Shown here in pieces: positions 35,409-46,197 of a DNA stretch of 63,035 nt (position 1 is the first letter of the stretch; each line of letters opens with the position of its first letter). Origin of the DNA: Klebsormidium nitens (lineage: Eukaryota > Plantae > Klebsormidiophyceae). A program made the position numbers and the translations under genes. A model generated the notes under the pieces. The model was given only the letters and a program-made list of their open reading frames with translations, did not search any database and was not told the origin of the DNA. The stretch spans positions 2,828 to 65,862 of the forward strand of contig DF237474.1 in assembly GCA_000708835.1 (NCBI GenBank), in the 5' to 3' direction.

Positions 35409-35588
35409 AGTAAACGGATAGCCACGGGTCTAGCCGGGCTATGCCTAGAAGTTTCTGCATGGCTAGATGCGGATGGGAAACACCCAAGTGAGAGCCGGAG
35501 AGTAGCGTGACTAACAATTCCGGGCTCGGAGTTCATTGCGTTCAGCCGGACCTGATGAGGACCGGCAATAGCCGTGTAGCGCACGGCA
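35409..35588 (+). repeat. E4 segment A2 (180 bp, terminal)
   Basis: Abuts B2 with no filler (CATTTACTT|AGTAAACG). Ends GGCA, then the TSD. Confidence 0.95.
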
Positions 35589-35906
35589 TCTTTACTTAAA
35601 TTAGCTTGGTCGAAACTAATTGAGGTGCATGTCTGCTTATCTGAATTGGAATTTGTGTTCAGGTAAGAGTTGGCGAAGTGGATCTGGTCTCCCCTCCCCC
35701 CTTGCATAGGGAACATACCAACCTGGCCGTTCGCTATGCACTCTGCTACGGAAGTCGGGGTGTGATGTTATTGAGCTGTGATTGATTATTGCTAAATTAT
35801 GTAATTCGTGGGGCGAAATGAGGTGAGTTGTAGGCATATTGCTCAGAATTGCTAGGCGATTCACACTAGTGTCTCTGATTTTAGCTAGTTGTGACTCAGC
35901 GCGCCG

Positions 35907-36900
35907 TCAATTTAAGAAGAAGGCATGCTGAAATACCATGATAGCTCCAATCAGGAATTTAATTTGAAACATATCCATGGTTCCTCCTAACATTCGCCTG
36001 CGCTCTGCCTCCGTAACTGCGTCATGTGCAGTTGTGCCGACCATGAAACCCATGGCGGCTTCCCTTTCGTTTGCATTGGGTTCTTCCAAGTTCCCAGTGT
36101 CTGTGTTAATTAGCAAGCTGTGCCCATTATCTCGGTAGGCATGTGATCCTTTCACTGTGACGAATGTGGCAAAAGCTCGTAGCGGTTTGCTGACTTCGTT
36201 CACTGCGTAATCCCCTGGGACTCATGCATGCGCGGCTAATTGAGCTTCATGGTGATCTTCAATTATGTCGCACACTGTCTGAGTGGGTAGGTTTTGGAAT
36301 GTATATGCTGCACCATGTTATCCAACAAGGCTAGTGGTATACCATTGGTCCAAAATCGCCGATTGCGGTGTGCATATGATCCTACGGCTACTGCATCAAA
36401 GGCCACTCCTGGGCCTAATATTCCCTTGACTACATGGTTATATTCTTGTGCGACTTGTGGGTCGCGATGGTCCGTTGCGTCAACGTTTTCGAAGAGCCAT
36501 ATGCATGGACCATGATTACGATATATTAATCGTACTATTTATGTGCATGTGTAAAACAATGCCGTGCGGGTGTCCCGCAATCCAAGCGGCTTAGTGGCCG
36601 CGGATGAAAATCCCTGGCATGGGAATCCGGCTACTACCATGTCCACTGGCTCGAGTGTAGTTATGTGTTGCTCGGTTATGCCGACACGTCATGTGGTAAT
36701 GTGTCGTGGCATGTAGTTATTGCTTCGGATGTAATGAGATGTGGAAACAACTTAACGAGAGTGGCCAACCTTTGTTGAGCCACTTCACGGCTGAGGCTGT
36801 CAATTTCGCATGCATACACTTTGCGAACTCTTACACCGTTGCGCACAAGTGCTTCTGTTGTTGCGCACAATCCAGAACATAGTTCTAGCACCACTATGCC
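35907..36900 (-). pseudogene. E3 C5 cytosine DNA methyltransferase domain in Pol (frameshift near 36676, stop at 36539-36541)
   Basis: Motif I VLELCSGL; VYACEID. Manual translation past the ORF track gives DMVVAGFPCQGFS (36614-36622), WLFENV (36482-36490) and HRNRRFW; then EREAAMGF and RRRMLGG. Confidence 0.9.
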
Positions 36901-37660
36901 TGAACTATTTACAGCCGTTTGTTCGTGGATATCCACAAAGTTCGAATCCAATGGGGATCCATATCTAGAGGCCAAAAGTATAGCCGGAGGCGGCTGCTCT
37001 GTAAGGCTACGGATAGTCCGCTGAAAACTAGCTATGACACTCTGTGTGGCTAGCTGGTCTCGAAATTCTAACTGTAGCCGAACTGCTCTCTCCTCCTGCG
37101 CCGACTGCGGCGCTACTACAGGACACCTACAAAGCCGCTCAAACGGCGGCGGGGGCCTGGGGGCGTTGCGCCCGATATCTGCTGGCTGTCCGGAGGCGGC
37201 TGCGGCACTCACTCGACCTGCGTAAGCAAGAGTGACGTGGTTAATGCGCGAGCTGGTTGCGGCAAGCAAGCAATTATTGACCAAGTCCACATTAAAGATG
37301 GACGGCAGCTCCGCGGTGGGGGATCCCTCTTCCCACCATTTCGGATAATAGGTCAAAGTTTGGTTGTATGGATTTGGTGTCAAGCCAATCCTGCCGATGA
37401 CGCTCATGCCGACGAGGGTCTCCCGGGTCTGCGACGGAACAATTGTTAGTTTGACCTGGACCGTCGTAGACGCAGACGTGTGTGGATTAATCGCGATTTC
37501 GATTGTGTCCCACGTACGATCAACGGGTGCTGTAGTGACAGCATCCGCTGTAATTAGACTGATTGCCTTTCGTTGGCGCATTTCTGGAGTGATGCCTAAC
37601 TTTTTGGCTGTCCAGTTGGATATTATTACGCTTTCACAGCCGTTGTCTATTGTTAGCCAT
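36901..37660 (-). pseudogene. pol: E3 aspartic protease region
   Basis: Manual translation upstream of ORF 36676-37581 gives WLTIDNGCESVIIS (Asp at 37645-37647), then ETLVGMSVIG. Confidence 0.7.
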
Positions 37661-37919
37661 TCCAGGGCAACGCCGTAATTAAGAAAGCTCGCGTTGGTTC
37701 GGAATTGTCGATTCGAGGGGCGTGGTGGAAACCTGTTACCCTGTCTGCGTGGTCCATAAGGGCCAGCTGATTTAAGCGCAGACGTCCAACTGGACTAATG
37801 AATTGACTGTATGACTTACAATGTTGACGAGCTGAGGTGGCCTGCTGGACCGGCAGGTCACAGAGGGCCAACGGAGGTGCGTAAACCCTGTGTCTTACGG
37901 CACTGGGTTGTTTAACTTC

Positions 37920-40900
37920 TCACCGCTGATAGTGTCTGTACACTCCTGACGCGGTGGCGTGTAAAACTTGGGACGCCAGACAGAATCGCATAAACAGGGC
38001 TACAGACTGCCAGGCGTTTTTAAAAGTTGCAGTAAGTTCTACTCCTGGCTCTGGTTTCAGAAACTGAAAAACCATTGGTTCTGGTTCCAAAAGCCACTTT
38101 GATTTAACCAGAACGGACAACCCATATTCTAACTTCTCCAGAAACTCCTGGGGTAAGTTGTGTGCGGAGGTCCAGTGAAACTCAAACTCTTCACTTTCCG
38201 TAATGTCTAAGACAGTGCCCACAGCCCGAACCTGGGCAGTGGTTAATTGGGTTTGGTTGTCGGTCTCTGATGTTACCGGACCTACGAGGGTAGTAGTGTA
38301 ATCCAAATCCTGTTCTCGAGACGATTTTGCGCTGTGGGCAGTTGGGTTTTGCTCAGAACAAGTGTCTTTGGACGCTTCCAGCTGACGTAATTCCGGGCAT
38401 GGACTTACCATGTTGTCGCTGGCGGCGCTGACAGGTCTTGCAGGCTGGTCAGGCTCGCTCGTGCTCCCGGGGTCAGGGGTCGTGGAGGCAGCCTGGAGCG
38501 GCGGCACTGCGGGGGCTGGGTCCGCGGTGGACGTCGGCAGGACNNNNNNNNNNNNNNNNNNNNNNNNNNNNNNNNNNNNNNNNNNNNNNNNNNNNNNNNN
38601 NNNNNNNNNNNNNNNNNNNNNNNNNNNNNNNNNNNNNNNNNNNNNNNNNNNNNNNNNNNNNNCAGGGGCAGCCTGCTGGGGCTGGCCCTGGGCGGACGAG
38701 GGGCTGGGCTGGGCTGGTGCTGCGGGGGCGATCTTCTGGAGGGCCGGCAGGTGCTGCTCGAAGTTGGCCATCCGGTTGTCGAGGCTGTTGAGCATGGTGA
38801 AGATGCCGCCCTTGGGGCGCTTGGGGGCCGGGGCGGGCTCCCTCTCCTCCCGGCGGCGCCGGAACTCAGCCTCCAGGCGGTCGGCTGTCCGGATGTACCT
38901 GACGCAGCGGTGGGCGGCCTCCCGGTCGCCCATGACGAAGAAGTTGCACTGGACCGCAATGAGCTTGCGGTCCACCTTGCCAGCGTGCTTCTCGGAGCCC
39001 TGGGTGGGGACGCGGCGCTGGACCACGTCGCCGATCAGCCGCTGCTCGTCCCGGGGAACGTCATCCCAGAAGCAGGGGTAGTCCTGGGAGTCGTTGATGA
39101 TGTGGGTGGAGGACCAGGGGTGCAGGATGTCGTTGTCCGAACCCACTTCAGAGTGGTTCGAGTCGTAGCGGGGCTGCCGCTGGCACAGCCGACGCAGGTT
39201 TTCGACGATGGGGGACGTCTAGGGGAGGGTCACGCGGTCTGCAGACGGGGGGGAAAGGCTTGGGTTATTCTGGAGGTCCAGAGGAGACAGGTCTGATGTC
39301 TCTGGGCTGTCCAGCTCTTCCGCTCCCGACTCCGCAGTACTCGATCTCACTAGTTTCCTGGTCTGACGGCTGATAGGATGGATCTTCTGACTGAGCATCC
39401 GAAGAAGAAGAAGACTCGGTTCTGCCAAAATTTGGCACAAACCGGCGGTGGTTCTGAGACATGTCTACGTTCTTCTCCTCCCACGCACCTTCTGGCTCGA
39501 CTGGGTCCTCTAGCTCAGGGACGTCGTCGTCATCTGGCAAATCTGACGTGATTGTCGCTGCCAGCTGTTCTATTTCGGAGAAGAAAGACAGGGGAGGCAA
39601 GCTGCTGCCAAACTCTCGCAGCGGAGTATCTTCCAGGCTGTTGTAAAGCGGTCCAAAACCAGTCTCCAAAGTCTCTAGCTGCTCTGCATTAAGCGGCGGA
39701 TAGAATGCAGATGCGGCCAAAGCGGCTAAGCCGGGCTGCCTACCTCCTGGGAAAGGCTCAGGCGCGGGCGGGTCCCGCTGGACATGCTGCTGCGGCTGGC
39801 CATTCTGCTGCTGGCCAGTTTGCTGCGGCTGCGCGCTCGGCTGCCCCCCTCCTTCTGTCTGCGCAGAAACCTGGGGGCGCCCGCCCCCCACAGCTGGGTC
39901 CCGCTGGTGCTCCTCAGATGCCATGGTACGGCTGCGCAGGGGCGAGAGGACAAGCTGTTGGCTGGGGGGGGATGCTCCCTGTGTGGACAATTTGAGCAAG
40001 GAAGTGGCTGCAGTATTGGTATGGTCTTCCAAAATGGAAGACTGTGGAAGATTGCCTGGCTGCAGGGCTGGCGATTCCTGTCCTAGTCGGCATGGGTAAG
40101 GATGCTCCATGTGAAGAGATCCTTCTTTTGGACAAGTGTGTGGCTGTGGGTCGGCAATATTGTCGACGCGCAAGCCTAATGCAGGATCGTCACGAGTCTT
40201 GTGTGCCAGTTTGTCAGCTTCTAGATTGTCAAGGTGACAATGGTGCATGCTCGAGCATAAGCAAGCCAAGCTTGCTCGAGCTGCCCTCTCTGACTGATGC
40301 TGGTTAGGCAGAGGCTCCTGACTCTTTGGATCTCCAGAGGGGTCAGCTGAGGTGCCAGTGGCACTGGACACCTGTTCAGTGAGGTTGGATGGACTGGCAG
40401 TGGAGTCTGCCAGGTCATCATCCGAACTAGAATGGTTTGTCGAACTGGATCCAGTAGGTCTGGGTGTCCTGGCTGCCAGCTTGGCTCTTTCAGTGCTCTG
40501 TGCTTCTGGAGATAGAGACTGAAACCCAAAATCATAGCCACGCGGATCCTTCTTTAGTACAGCTTGGAAATCCGGATGAGGGTTTTTGTAGCTGTTTGGA
40601 TTTGGATCTGCGGGCGGTGTGCGTGGACTTCCGATCCACTGTGGGTCAGCCGGGTCCTTCCAATATTCATAATTTTCATGGTATTTATTTGTTATGATTG
40701 GGGGTAGTTTATCCAATTCTTCTAGTTCTTTAGTCATCTTTATGCTTCGTTTGTGTTGTTCCGCCTCATCCTTTGCTCGTTGAGCATCGGTTCTAAGTTG
40801 GTCCTTAGGTATATGATATAAAAATTGCGGCGCTTCCGCTTTTGCTATTTCCAAGGATCGAAAAGTTTCAGACTTCTCAGAATAATTGATTGTGCTCCCT

Positions 40901-40935
40901 TCCCCCCCCCCTCGCATCGGAACGGAATTTCTCAA
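37920..40935 (-). CDS. E3 long gag-pol linker ORFs (556 aa and 408 aa; N-gap 38544-38662), function unknown
   Basis: Long open frames, mostly low complexity. A GC-rich block (38405-39250) encodes a globular-looking segment. Confidence 0.5.
38544..38662. other. Assembly gap (N run)
   Basis: N run within the E3 linker ORF. Confidence 0.95.
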
Positions 40936-42589
40936 TTTCCTCGGTTGGTCGGAAACTTAATGGCATATCAGGGTTGCGCCTGAGAAATTGTGTTCCAATG
41001 CGTTTGCGGGAATATTTCTTCTCCACTCGTTTGCGTTCGCGCTTCTTAGTGATGATGGCGGGCTTTGGGGTAGGCATATTTTGTGCCTTTTTGCGCCTTG
41101 CGGCTTTGGCTTGAGCTTGATCATGCAACTTATTTTCGGTGAGTTCCATGTCAAATTCAAAATTCTTTTTTTTATCTTGTTTTGCAATTTCCCGTGCTCG
41201 GTCATTTTTGACGTGACTGGGTAAAGGGTTTTCGGAGGCAATCTCCTTAGAATTTGCGGGACTTGACCCTCGAGATGAGTATGCATTTGAAATTTGATGA
41301 CGTTGTTCGTATTCTTTCCATAGCTCTCTCTTTAGATTGCTATCTTTTAACCCGCGAGTGTTCCTTCGACTATGTGTTGCGGCTGAACTTCGAGTGGTTG
41401 GGTTGCGTTGCCGGTTGGCTAATTCCGGATGCAAATGAACACATTGGGATGAGTCATGAGTATTAAGCCGATGATGTGTGCACCATGGTTTGCCGGGTAT
41501 GCGTTGATTGATGAGCCCATTGGCCATTGGTTTACTCGGGCATTGTGCGGCTTGATGTCCGATTTGACCACATTGAAAGCAAGGGCCGGGTTGGAATGTC
41601 ATTGGAGTATTTTGCGCGGCTTTGGCGCTCACTTTATTAGTAGGTACCCTACAATTATGGGCCGAATGGCCTAATCGTCCACAAGTAGTACATCTTGTAA
41701 CCCTTCTAGTCTTAGGCCTGGTGTCATTCTTGGGATGGGTGGTACTAGTAGAACTATTATTATTAATAATCTTAGGATTCAACAATCGTTCTTGGTTAAT
41801 TATCTTTTCAAGCTTCTCAGCTTCAGACCTTATTAGTTCTACCGTCCATGTACTAATATCTTCATATTGAAATTGTAACTTAGTTCTCAACTTGGACTGT
41901 ATACTCCATGGCAATGCGTCGAGTAGCTTCTCAGCCGCTTGCGTTTGAGGTTGTTTTATATCTAATGCTAACTTAGACATACGTTGACTAGCTGTTGTAA
42001 TAGACTCATTATCTTCAACCTTGAAATCTCCATTTGCTTGAATCTTCGCCGCCGAGTCCTTAGGGTACGCCTGCAAGAGTCGAGCCCAAAGTTCAGTGAC
42101 GGGTTCTCCTAAAAAGTTAGTGACCTTAGGAGGTTCAAGTGGCAAAGTTGGTCTAGCATTAGTTCCCCTCTCTTCAACCGTTTGCGCATCCCAAGCCGTG
42201 ATGGATTGTTGTGCGGTTGCTTTATCCCTAAGATAATTTGATTGCAATGACTCATTGTGCTTGGCTAACTCTTCTTCCTTTTCGGTTCGCAATGTAAGAC
42301 AAGTATCATGAGCTGCGCCACCGGTTTTAGACATAATTACGTGGAATTTGTCGGTGGTGGTCAACCTATCAAAACCGGTTTGCAACTTATGAGTGGCTTC
42401 CCATGCGGCATAAGTAGACCGCAAGTTGTCCAAAGTGATAGAGGATTTGGGTTCCCCCGTGAACTTTTGACTAAACGAGTTAAGTTCCTTTAGCGCCATT
42501 GTGAAAGTGGCGGTAGTTTGGGAGTCCGCGGTGTCTAGGCCTTCGGATATGGTGGAGGCTTGAGTGACGGCGGATGTCTCACCTCGCAC
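40877..42589 (-). CDS. gag: E3 gag with two CCHC knuckles and a third Cys/His motif
   Basis: CTTCGRLGHSAHNC; CFQCGQIGHQAAQC; WCTHHRLNTHDSSQCVHLHP. Confidence 0.88.
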   Translation of the reverse strand: MRGETSAVTQASTISEGLDTADSQTTATFTMALKELNSFSQKFTGEPKSSITLDNLRSTYAAWEATHKLQTGFDRLTTTDKFHVIMSKTGGAAHDTCLTLRTEKEEELAKHNESLQSNYLRDKATAQQSITAWDAQTVEERGTNARPTLPLEPPKVTNFLGEPVTELWARLLQAYPKDSAAKIQANGDFKVEDNESITTASQRMSKLALDIKQPQTQAAEKLLDALPWSIQSKLRTKLQFQYEDISTWTVELIRSEAEKLEKIINQERLLNPKIINNNSSTSTTHPKNDTRPKTRRVTRCTTCGRLGHSAHNCRVPTNKVSAKAAQNTPMTFQPGPCFQCGQIGHQAAQCPSKPMANGLINQRIPGKPWCTHHRLNTHDSSQCVHLHPELANRQRNPTTRSSAATHSRRNTRGLKDSNLKRELWKEYEQRHQISNAYSSRGSSPANSKEIASENPLPSHVKNDRAREIAKQDKKKNFEFDMELTENKLHDQAQAKAARRKKAQNMPTPKPAIITKKRERKRVEKKYSRKRIGTQFLRRNPDMPLSFRPTEEIEKFRSDARGGGREHNQLF

Positions 42590-43562
42590 ACTTCTGGGTC
42601 ACCAGTTGGCCCACTGGACAAGGGGTAGCCTCGGCCCTTCGGTCCTGTAAGCAGAACTTTGGGCGTAAGGATTCTGAAGGTCTCTTCGGAGATGGTATCC
42701 TTCTTCAGAATCTGAGTTGGACATGGATGCTTTTTGTTTCAACCGGATGTCCAAACTAAATGGTCCACTGACTGGACTTTGGCAGACTGTCTGCCTTAGC
42801 TTGTTTATCCAAGCTAGTAAATGCGATCGGATCCTACTGCAGGCTTTTAGTAAGGCTGCCAACAGGGACTACTTTCCAGTAATTGTCTTTCCTTTGACCT
42901 TCCGACAGATGCTAGAAGGGATGATGCGGACTGACAATAACTGTCACCTGTAGCTATGGTTGTCTACTGTATAACTACTTAGGGTCTTATCTACTCCGAA
43001 CGCAGGAGGTGGGTACTCTCCCCCTGGGCTTGCCAGTTGCGAATGTCCTTCCGAGATTCCCTCTTCTGGACAAACGCCTAGTGAGCTAACTGGACTCTAT
43101 CTGCTGTTACACACGGGCTCTGACAAATTCAAAGCTTCAATGTCCGGACGGACCTGACAAAGGGTTACGGCAATGTCAGGGGCAAACCACAGAATCCTTG
43201 TCTAGTGGGGTGATTTCCACTGAGACAAGAGACGGCACCTGCTTGAGAAAGCAGTGCCTCTGGTCCTGGTACCTGCGCAGTCGACAAATGGCAGCCAGAT
43301 GCAATGAAAGAAACACTCTTCAGTCCAACTAATTGTAGCTTCGGTTAATTTGGGCTTAATCCCACCGGTCAGGCAACAGTTCTCAATAACCGGCACAACA
43401 GAAAGGCGACACCTTTCTGGTTCTCCGATGCTTACCTTATCCCTGGGTAAGGGGCGCGTAGTAGTTGTTGGACTTCCAGGTCAGATTTCGGAGCGGCTTC
43501 TTCTGGTATTTCTGGAGGTACGGCTGGGGTTGATGCTTCTGGGGGTACGGCTTCTTCTGGTA

Positions 43563-44992
43563 CTACGGGTACTTGGGGAACAGCGACGGGGGGCGATACG
43601 GGGCGGGCTGGTAGCGGCCCTGGTACGCCTTGCTGTCCAACCAGCGAGGTGCGGGCTGGTGCTGATACACTGGTCCCTGGTGCAATCTTGCCGGAGGGGC
43701 AAAATGCACACGCCGGTTGTCTCCGAAGCCTGGGGGGGGCCTGGGAGTGTCGGCGCGATACTGCTTACGCCAGGTGGTGTTGCGGACCACCGGGGCAGGG
43801 GCAGGGCGAGGAACCGGTGCAGCAGGCAGGTAGCGAGGGGCGTTGACTGGAGAGGTATGGGGGCCGGTCCGGTGCTGACGCCGCGGCTTGGGGTGACGGG
43901 CCGCAGGGATCACCCTGATGGCTTCGTACACACCGTGCTGCTTGGTGGTGACGTAGTGGTGTTGAAGGTTGGCCTTCCGAGCTGCCAAGCGATGAAGCTC
44001 CACAGCTTTGGTGCCGTCCAAGGCTACGTGTTTTGCGAACAGGTTGTCCGCCTTTGTGACTGCGTTAAGCAGCCGGTCTTCGTTGACTTCGTCTGCCTGG
44101 GCTTCCAATCGCTGGCTGCGGTCGGAGCTGGCACTAACGTTGACTCTGAGGGTGCTGCGGAACGCTTTGGATGCGCGTCCGGGGCACTGATCTGAAGAAT
44201 GAAGGATGGAGGTGGGCCCACAGTGCTGGCACTGAGGCGGGAACTTGGAGTGTTGGGGGGAAGATGGAGGGGTGTTGGAGAGGCTGGGAATGGAGCTCCG
44301 GCGGTTCTTGGACACGGGGCTAAGCGGGGCCTCGACTCGCTCCAGGAGTCCGGGTACACTCTTCGCTGTCTCTTCCCAATTGAAATTCTACTGGCGGAAG
44401 AAAGCAATTAACAATGGTTGTGGACGTCCGACGCGCACTGGCAGGGGACGCGCACTAAGTAGAATCCGGAGATGTCTAAGATGAACAGGAAGGAACAGAA
44501 TTGGGGGCTTCCGTTGACAGTGATCCGGAGCTGGATGGCTCCTGCTACCACTGGCTTCCAGAGGTCCCTTTGGACTGTGAGGCGGCTGCCTTTAACTGAT
44601 GGCCCAACAGGGTTGTCCGAGAACGTTGCCCTGAGAGGCTGGGTGAGCAGAACGAAAGAACATCGACTGTTCCACTTCACAGGTACTGACTGACACACTG
44701 GACAAACGACAGACTGCCAAGTTTCCTTCTGTGGACCTACGTAATACCTGATATCGGAGTACAGCTGATCTACTCCGCACAGGTCTTCCCAATCTCTATA
44801 CTGAAACGGATATCCGGACAAGTTTGCTACAAGACCTTTCTGACGGTAATGCACTGGGAGCTGCTGATCTATCGGCTCCTGGACTACTTCTGCAATTTCT
44901 TGATTGTCCGCTTCCCAAACGATGTGGCTTTCAAAGACGGGTGATGATTCAGTCGATAGAAATCCAACTTCCTCTGTTACGTTCAGAACCAA
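43563..44992 (-). CDS. E3 possible extra ORFs upstream of gag (194 aa and 250 aa)
   Basis: Two sense-strand ORFs in a ~2.5-kb leader. No recognised family. Confidence 0.3.
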
Positions 44993-45118
44993 TCAAACAG
45001 AACAATGAAAACTTCCTCCGGCTCCAAATGATCCTTCAGAACCTAATCCAATTCCAAGCAGGTCTCTACCTACTGCGGACCTCCGCTGAAAACTCATTCA
45101 CACGGCATTGTCCTGCCA

Positions 45119-45131
45119 GACTTTCATTCAA
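45119..45131 (-). promoter_or_regulatory. E3 putative self-priming PBS
   Basis: Minus-strand TTGAATGAAAGTC, 2 nt after B1, is the exact reverse complement of minus-strand GACTTTCATTCAA at 45701-45713 inside B1. Confidence 0.7.
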
Positions 45132-45133
45132 CT

Positions 45134-46155
45134 GGGGTCGGGCCCCTTCCCTTGTTTAAGGATTGATTGAAAGGACACGATGGTTTCTTAAGCTGGCGCT
45201 CAGAAAAGTATGGCTGGTATATGGCACGTTATGAACAAGCTGTATTGGAGGTGGCTTGTGCTAACATTCAAGGTAATCCCCACATCATCTCTATTGTCCG
45301 TCCGAGAGGTTCGCTACCCAGGGTGGCGGTGGCTCGCATTCAGGATTCTGGATGTCCAAAGGGACTCAAGCATGAACACAAGACAAGTACAAGCAGTTGA
45401 CACTTACTGACTGGATGATGGCGTCGCCGGAGGCATGGAACATGGTGATGTGAAACAAGAAGGTAACGCTGAAGGCTATAGGGCCGATTAAGTTACTGTC
45501 GTGTTTGGTACTGCTATTGTTGTTGTTGGTCTCCTACTCCGGTGGTGTTGTTGTAGCTGGTACGTTGGTGTTGTCTCCTCTGTCGCCGGAACTGCTGGCG
45601 CTGGTTGTTGAGTACTCGAGGTACTCGGGTGCTGGGTTGAACGCTCAAGGCGCTCGGATGCTGGGTGGACACATGTGTCCGGTGGCGATGGGTAGTTAAC
45701 TTGAATGAAAGTCAAGTTGGAAATGGCTGGGCCGTTGACTTAAGTACCCGTGGATTCGCATAACGAGTTTGGACATCCACTTGCATGCTGCAGCTGGCTG
45801 CGCCGCATGCTATAGGGTACGCGACGGCCGGTATCATAACCTGGTGACTCATGGTGACATAACCGGTTAGTGGCTGGTTACGTCCCTAGGGAACGTTCGA
45901 AAACGTACCCGGATTCAATCGCGGAACCTTGGTTGCAATAATTGGATTGTGGATAACGGGTTGCACCAATGGATGTCCAGTATGATGTGACTGATCCATA
46001 GCCAATCCGTGACGAGCCTGCGATGTTATGGTTAGATGTGCTAACTGCGGTCGGTTAAAGCTAACTAACTTATCTAAGTACGTTACGACATGCCACGTGT
46101 CTCATGCTGGTTCGCCAAGCGACGCGTTATGGCAGCGACGCGTTGTGGCATGACA
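45134..46155 (-). repeat. E3 segment B1 (5' partial LTR, 1022 bp)
   Basis: Copy of 15421-16130; followed on the plus strand by TSD CCGG. Confidence 0.92.
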
Positions 46156-46197
46156 CCGGTACCGGTCCGGCCGGTATGCGGTCCGGAAACGGGCTTA

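Larger units (their letters stand above)
21014..35588 (+). mobile_element. E4: GC-rich Ty3/gypsy retrotransposon (gag-PR-DNMT-RT-RH-IN-PHD) with permuted LTRs, nested in E3
   Basis: Termini TGCCATGC and GCACGGCA. 4-bp TSD TCTT at 21010-21013 and 35589-35592. Several nonsense and frameshift lesions. Confidence 0.93.
15262..46155 (-). mobile_element. E3: large Ty3/gypsy retrotransposon (gag-PR-DNMT-RT-RH-IN-PHD) with permuted LTRs, interrupted by E4
   Basis: Minus-strand termini TGTCATGCC (46155) and CGCACGACA (15262). 4-bp TSD CCGG at 15258-15261 and 46156-46159. The reading frame rejoins across E4 as ANLSK|DSPD. Confidence 0.92.

Noticed and set aside
3167-46155. DIRS/Ngaro/PAT tyrosine-recombinase retrotransposons, suggested by the split repeats
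   Set aside because: All three elements encode rve DDE integrases and proteases and have TG...CA ends, and E3/E4 have 4-bp TSDs. I recognised no R-H-R-Y recombinase ORF.
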